DNA of 60,724 bases, the filler included, from Dugesia japonica (taxonomy: Eukaryota): the NCBI GenBank assembly GCA_001938525.1. It is 5 parts of 5 records of this genome, joined end to end, with 100 filler letters (N's around TTAATTAATTAA, not from the genome) between each part and the next. Parts side by side here need not be neighbours in the genome. Positions count along the whole stretch, not along the records: positions 51,297 to 60,724 come from MQRL01628317.1; 4 more parts are not named here. One strand, 5' to 3'. This document shows, piece after piece, positions 56,150 through 60,724 of the stretch. The notes below the pieces were generated by a model. That model had not been told where the DNA came from. It did not search any database and worked only from the letters and a program-made list of their open reading frames with translations. Both the position numbers and the translations under genes were made by a program. The number at the start of each line of letters is the position of its first letter. Within the stretch, counting starts at the first letter, position 1.

Positions 56150-56850
56150 TATTCATTAGTTTACTAAAACACTTGGGCTTACTTTGTCACATTGGTTTTA
56201 TTGAAATACATCGGTTTACTGTGTCAAATTGATTTTACTGTGTTACATTAACTTACTATATCACATTGGTTTACTGTGATAATTGATTTTAATGAAAATC
56301 ATGAGCTTTACTGTGTCACTCGGGTTTTGTGAATCCAATTTGTCTACTCTAACCATCGGTTTTACGGTCTCACTCATTGTTTTCTACTAATTTACTATAA
56401 CCCTTAAGCTACTGTGTAAATACAACCACTGAACTCTATGAAACAAATACAACAAAGTACACCTAATGAACACTATAAATCTATTAAACCTATTATATTC
56501 GATACTTAGCATAGATTTATTATAATTTCTGAAAATTTATAGACATTTTACAAAATCAAGTTATTCAAATAAAGTTTAGACTTAAAACATTTCAAACTAA
56601 TGTCTCAATGTACAATAGATGGGGACAATTTACACATAGTTGGTTACAATTTCCTTATATTTGATTATAATTTATACATAGGTGATTATAATTTATACAT
56701 AACTTGCAATAATTTGTTCATAGTTTACTATATTTGACACATAAGTTGAGATAATTTGCTCATATGTGACTACAATTTGTGCATAAGTGTCAGTAAATGA
56801 AACATCGATGGTCGTAATTCGTACATAAGTGATTACATTGTGTACATAGC
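56150..56850. repeat. Two degenerate tandem arrays (~20-bp and ~22-bp units)
   Basis: ttggtttactgtgtcaca-like units at 56150-56400 and acaattt(g/a)tacatagttgatt-like units at 56620-56850. Confidence 0.65.
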
Positions 56851-57001
56851 TTTAATAATAAGTTCTAAACGTTTTTTTACACCGTCTGATTTAAAAGAGT
56901 TGACGGAATCCTTATATAATAAAATCTTAGAATTTTAATTATATATATATATTGACCCATATATATTAAAAAAAACATTTAACTTAACAATGAGTAAATC
57001 A

Positions 57002-60000
57002 TTAGTGTGAACTGTGTTTTTGCTTCATTTCCTCGCAAATCCTTCTTATATTTGGTGTTATTGCTGATAGTTGGATGTGCATGTCTGCTGAACAATTTAA
57101 TCTCTTACGATATTTTATTTTCGTAGAAGTATAATAGAAAAATCTAATTTCGCACAGATATGTAGTAGAAAATGGCAAAAGCACCTGTATTGGAAGTTTG
57201 GCCAAAACTTAATGCTCCGAAATTAGATTTCCCCAAAAAGTTATTAGATGGACAGTGTTGAAATTGTATTTTAATTGTGCGTTTCAATCAAGTTTTCATA
57301 TTCCTAAATTGATAAACAATTGGGTTTTTCTTTTATGATAAAAGGATTGTCAACCCACATGAGATCATTATTCAAAGCAGGAAAATATTTTTAAAGGTTA
57401 TATTATAATAAACGTAAATTTTTTATAATATCAATACGTATATCTTCATTAAGTAGGTAATCATTATCTATTACAAAATCAGAAAGTGTTGAAAAGCAAC
57501 TCACATTGTTGTTTTCAATGCAATTGATCCAAAACTCTAATTTTCCTGACAATGTCAATATTTTATTTTTAATGATAAACACTGTTATACTTTTTCCTTG
57601 TAGAGAAAGGTTCACTTCATTTAATTTTGATGATATTTTAGTAATATACGCAGGTTGCATCAGCCAGCAAGAATTTGTCAATACAGCAAATATTTCATGT
57701 TTTTGTTCTGGTAAAAGCATAGAAAGCTTTGGCCATAATTTAAAACCTCGGGATAATACTTTACTTCGCAAGAAGCACCTTAGTTCTGAATATAAAAAAA
57801 GAACTGTGTTAACTTATCATGTCTTTACAAATAATTTTGAAAAGCTTCGACTGAAGTGTTCATGTTTTAATAAAATTTACTTCATTTGGCTTCATTCAAA
57901 TTTTCTTACATACAAGAGCGCGCTTATAAAGGACACAATTACTGATGCTTCAATTTGGTACAATATTTTTAATTCTCGATTTAACGCCTAAAGTATTTCT
58001 AACCATTGATTTTGCTCTATCACTACAAACACGAATACATTTTTGCCAATTACTATCATGTTTTTCAATACAATTGTTAATAATGTTGAAATTTTCTTCG
58101 CCAGTATTTTTGCTAAGAAATTACATAAAAGTACACCCAACTCGTTTTACACGGTTTTGAAATAACACGGTCCCAATTGTTATGTGCGATTACATAACAT
58201 TTGCTCGTATTTTTTGTGTGCCTAGTACAAATTCTTTTTCCGCAAAATACCGCGCACGTTATATGTATACAAAAAATATAAAAATCGAGCAAATGTAACA
58301 ATGGGCATTTTACACAGGAAAAAATTGTATTTAAAAGCGAACGTTTATTAAAAACGAAGTGTTTATTTTATCAATTCGATAAAATCATTTATTAAATTAA
58401 ATTATTATTATTATTAAATTATTTATTATTCAATAAAATTATACATACCAAAATAAGGAAAATCGGTTAGTGATTTCAAAGCAGATAAAGACCGGGTTTC
58501 ATTCTTCTTTTGTAGTAACGTATCTGGTGATAAAATTTTACAACCTATATTAATCAATAAAGCCCTCGTGCCATGTTCTTTGAGAGGCAAGAAAATTAAA
58601 CAGCTTCCAGTTCATTTTATGGCGAGTNAAAAAGCATGGATGTCGGCTGATCTGTTTACAAATTGGTTCAACAACTGCTTTGTTCCTGAAGTCCTGAAAT
58701 ATATGGAGAAAAAGGTTTGATATTCAAAATACTTTTGCTTATTGATAATGCTCCAAGCCACCTTGTGCTAAATCATCCAAACATCTAATTGCTGTTTTTG
58801 CCGCCTAGTACTACTTCACTGATTCAGCTACTGGATCATTGTATCATAGCAACATTCAAAATGTATTACATAAATATATATTATTTAAATATATTTTGGA
58901 CTTAGAAGAAGAAAAAATTTGAAGGTTGCGGAAGCATGGAAAAAGTTTACGATTATGGATTTTATTCACACATTTCTTTTGTCATTAAATAGTTGCAGAC
59001 AAAGACTTTAAATACTTGTTGGTCAGAAATGTGTCAAACATGCAAATTCTGTAGTACAAAAATCAAGTTTGAGTTCAGAAATNATAACTATAGCAAATAC
59101 AATTGGTGGCGAAAGCTTTAAAGACATTCAAACTTCTGACATTGATGAGCGAAAATCCTTTGCATGATGACGATTTGATTGAAGTTAAGAAAGTTAATGA
59201 TTATAAAAAAGTTCATGTTGGCGAAGGCAAAGATGAAGTTGAAGTTCAGATTCTAACAGTTGGTGTAATTCGCGAAGGCTAGAAATCAGCTACAAATATG
59301 AAACAACATTTTTTTACTTGTGATCCTGACATGGAGGGAACATTAAAATTTCAACGTAATCTTCAGTTTTGTGAAGCTGGATATCAAGATCTATATAAGA
59401 AAAGTGAGAAACCAAAAAAACAGAAGCTAATAACAGACTTTATAACCAAAAAAATGCAGATATCAGAGGAAGTTAATAATGAGTAATAAACGCGCAATCT
59501 TGTTATCAAGTAACGATAAATAGCTGTGAAATAATTTTATTTCTAATTTAATTTTCTATATTATATTTATAGACTGAATTTACACTAATACTAATTTCAT
59601 TTTGCAATAAGAATGATTGGGTTTATACATATAATATAGGTTCCATTATTATATTAGTTAAATGGTTTTTTGGAAAAATATGTAAAGTTTTTTCAAGTTG
59701 TGGGACACATCTCCAAATTTAAAATGTGTACATGTATTTTTTACACGGTTTTTTGGGGAAAGTGTCAACTGTGTAAAAAAAGAATGGAGTGTCAATTTTC
59801 TTCTATTGACTTACCAAAATTATAACGTGCAAAAACAAGCAAAACGACAAGCCCCGCTACATTAGTTGATTTATCCAGTTGTAACAAATAAGCGTCACAT
59901 AAACGCAGGCGAGAAATAAGCTTTTTCTCAATATTATCCGCAAGATCTTGAATACGGCGGGTAACTATATAGCTTAATAATGACTCTATATCAATCTTTT

Positions 60001-60400
60001 CTACAGCTTTATCATCGGCAAACATGCACAATACAATATTTTCACACCGGGCATAATAAGTGTTTATGTTATGTTGTGTGATTTACTACCAAGCAATATA
60101 CGATAGCTTACTTTGTAGGAAACTTCATTTGCTTTTTTTGTTTCTTTTTAAAATTTTTACTATGAATAACTTGGTATTTTACAATTCCGCAAGTTTAAAA
60201 ATCTAACGGTTTGTCTTTATAGTCGGGATGATTTGTTGCCAAATGTCTTTTAAGTTTAGTTGGTGCAAGAGAAACATCCGACAATAATCTTTTGCAAATT
60301 ACACATTGTGCTTTAGGTATGTCTTCATTTCCTATACTTGTAAATCCATACGATAAATAGCTGATGTCATATTTTTGTTTTCTTATACACAATATTGAAT
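57002..60400 (-). mobile_element. hAT (Buster/Charlie, ZBED5-like) transposase pseudogene, split by a pogo insertion
   Basis: BED finger KYDISYLSYGF..QCVIC..LKRHLATNH, LQLDKSTNVAG..LLVFARY, LNEVNLSLQG and PFSTTYLCE. Confidence 0.92.
58134..59791 (+). mobile_element. Pogo/Tigger DNA transposon nested in the hAT element
   Basis: FKADKDRVS, KAWMSADLFTNWF..FVPEV, LLLIDNAPSH and FLPPSTTSLIQLLD. Imperfect TIRs cacccaactcgttttacacgg / ctgtgtaaaaaaagaatggagtg at a TA site. Confidence 0.9.
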
Positions 60401-60724
60401 TATTTGTTGATCTTTTTAAATGACAATGATCACTTTTTGTAGTAGTAGGCTGCTGTTCTTCAGAAATATATTAGGTAGTCTCATTGTCAACAGTCGTGCA
60501 CTTATTGAACTGTTTTTATTTTTCAAAACCCCTTATTTTAACCAATGTTTCATAATCACAAAAATTGGGGATAACTATTCACAAAATTAATCGATAATAA
60601 AAAAAATACTCATACGACTATTTTTAAAATTTGAAAAAACTATTTATCTTTTTATCAAATATTATTTTAAAAAATTCTAAATTCGTATTTTTAATGCGAA
60701 TTTTAAAACAATATAATTGTTGGG

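Overview
Very AT-rich eukaryotic (invertebrate-like) draft sequence with many N gaps. Four gaps contain a TTAATTAATTAA spacer (18561, 27627, 41736, 51241), so adjacency across them is uncertain. Host genes are few: a spliced SIRT1/Sir2 gene with ~45-nt introns, a divergent otopetrin-like membrane protein, a possible paracaspase exon and an unidentified gene fragment. The rest is decayed mobile DNA: Ty3/Gypsy elements and a solo LTR, two Penelope-like remnants (one with a hammerhead ribozyme), mariner, Tc1, pogo, MULE and hAT transposons, and two head-to-head Polinton-type protein-primed PolB pseudogenes. The most unusual structure is a ~3.2-kb element (about 5760-8953) with 620-780 bp inverted repeats. 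It encloses a TATA-binding-protein-like gene divergent from a Polinton/A32-type packaging ATPase and a small basic protein, with no polymerase, integrase or capsid. All protein calls come from motif recognition by eye, not database searches.
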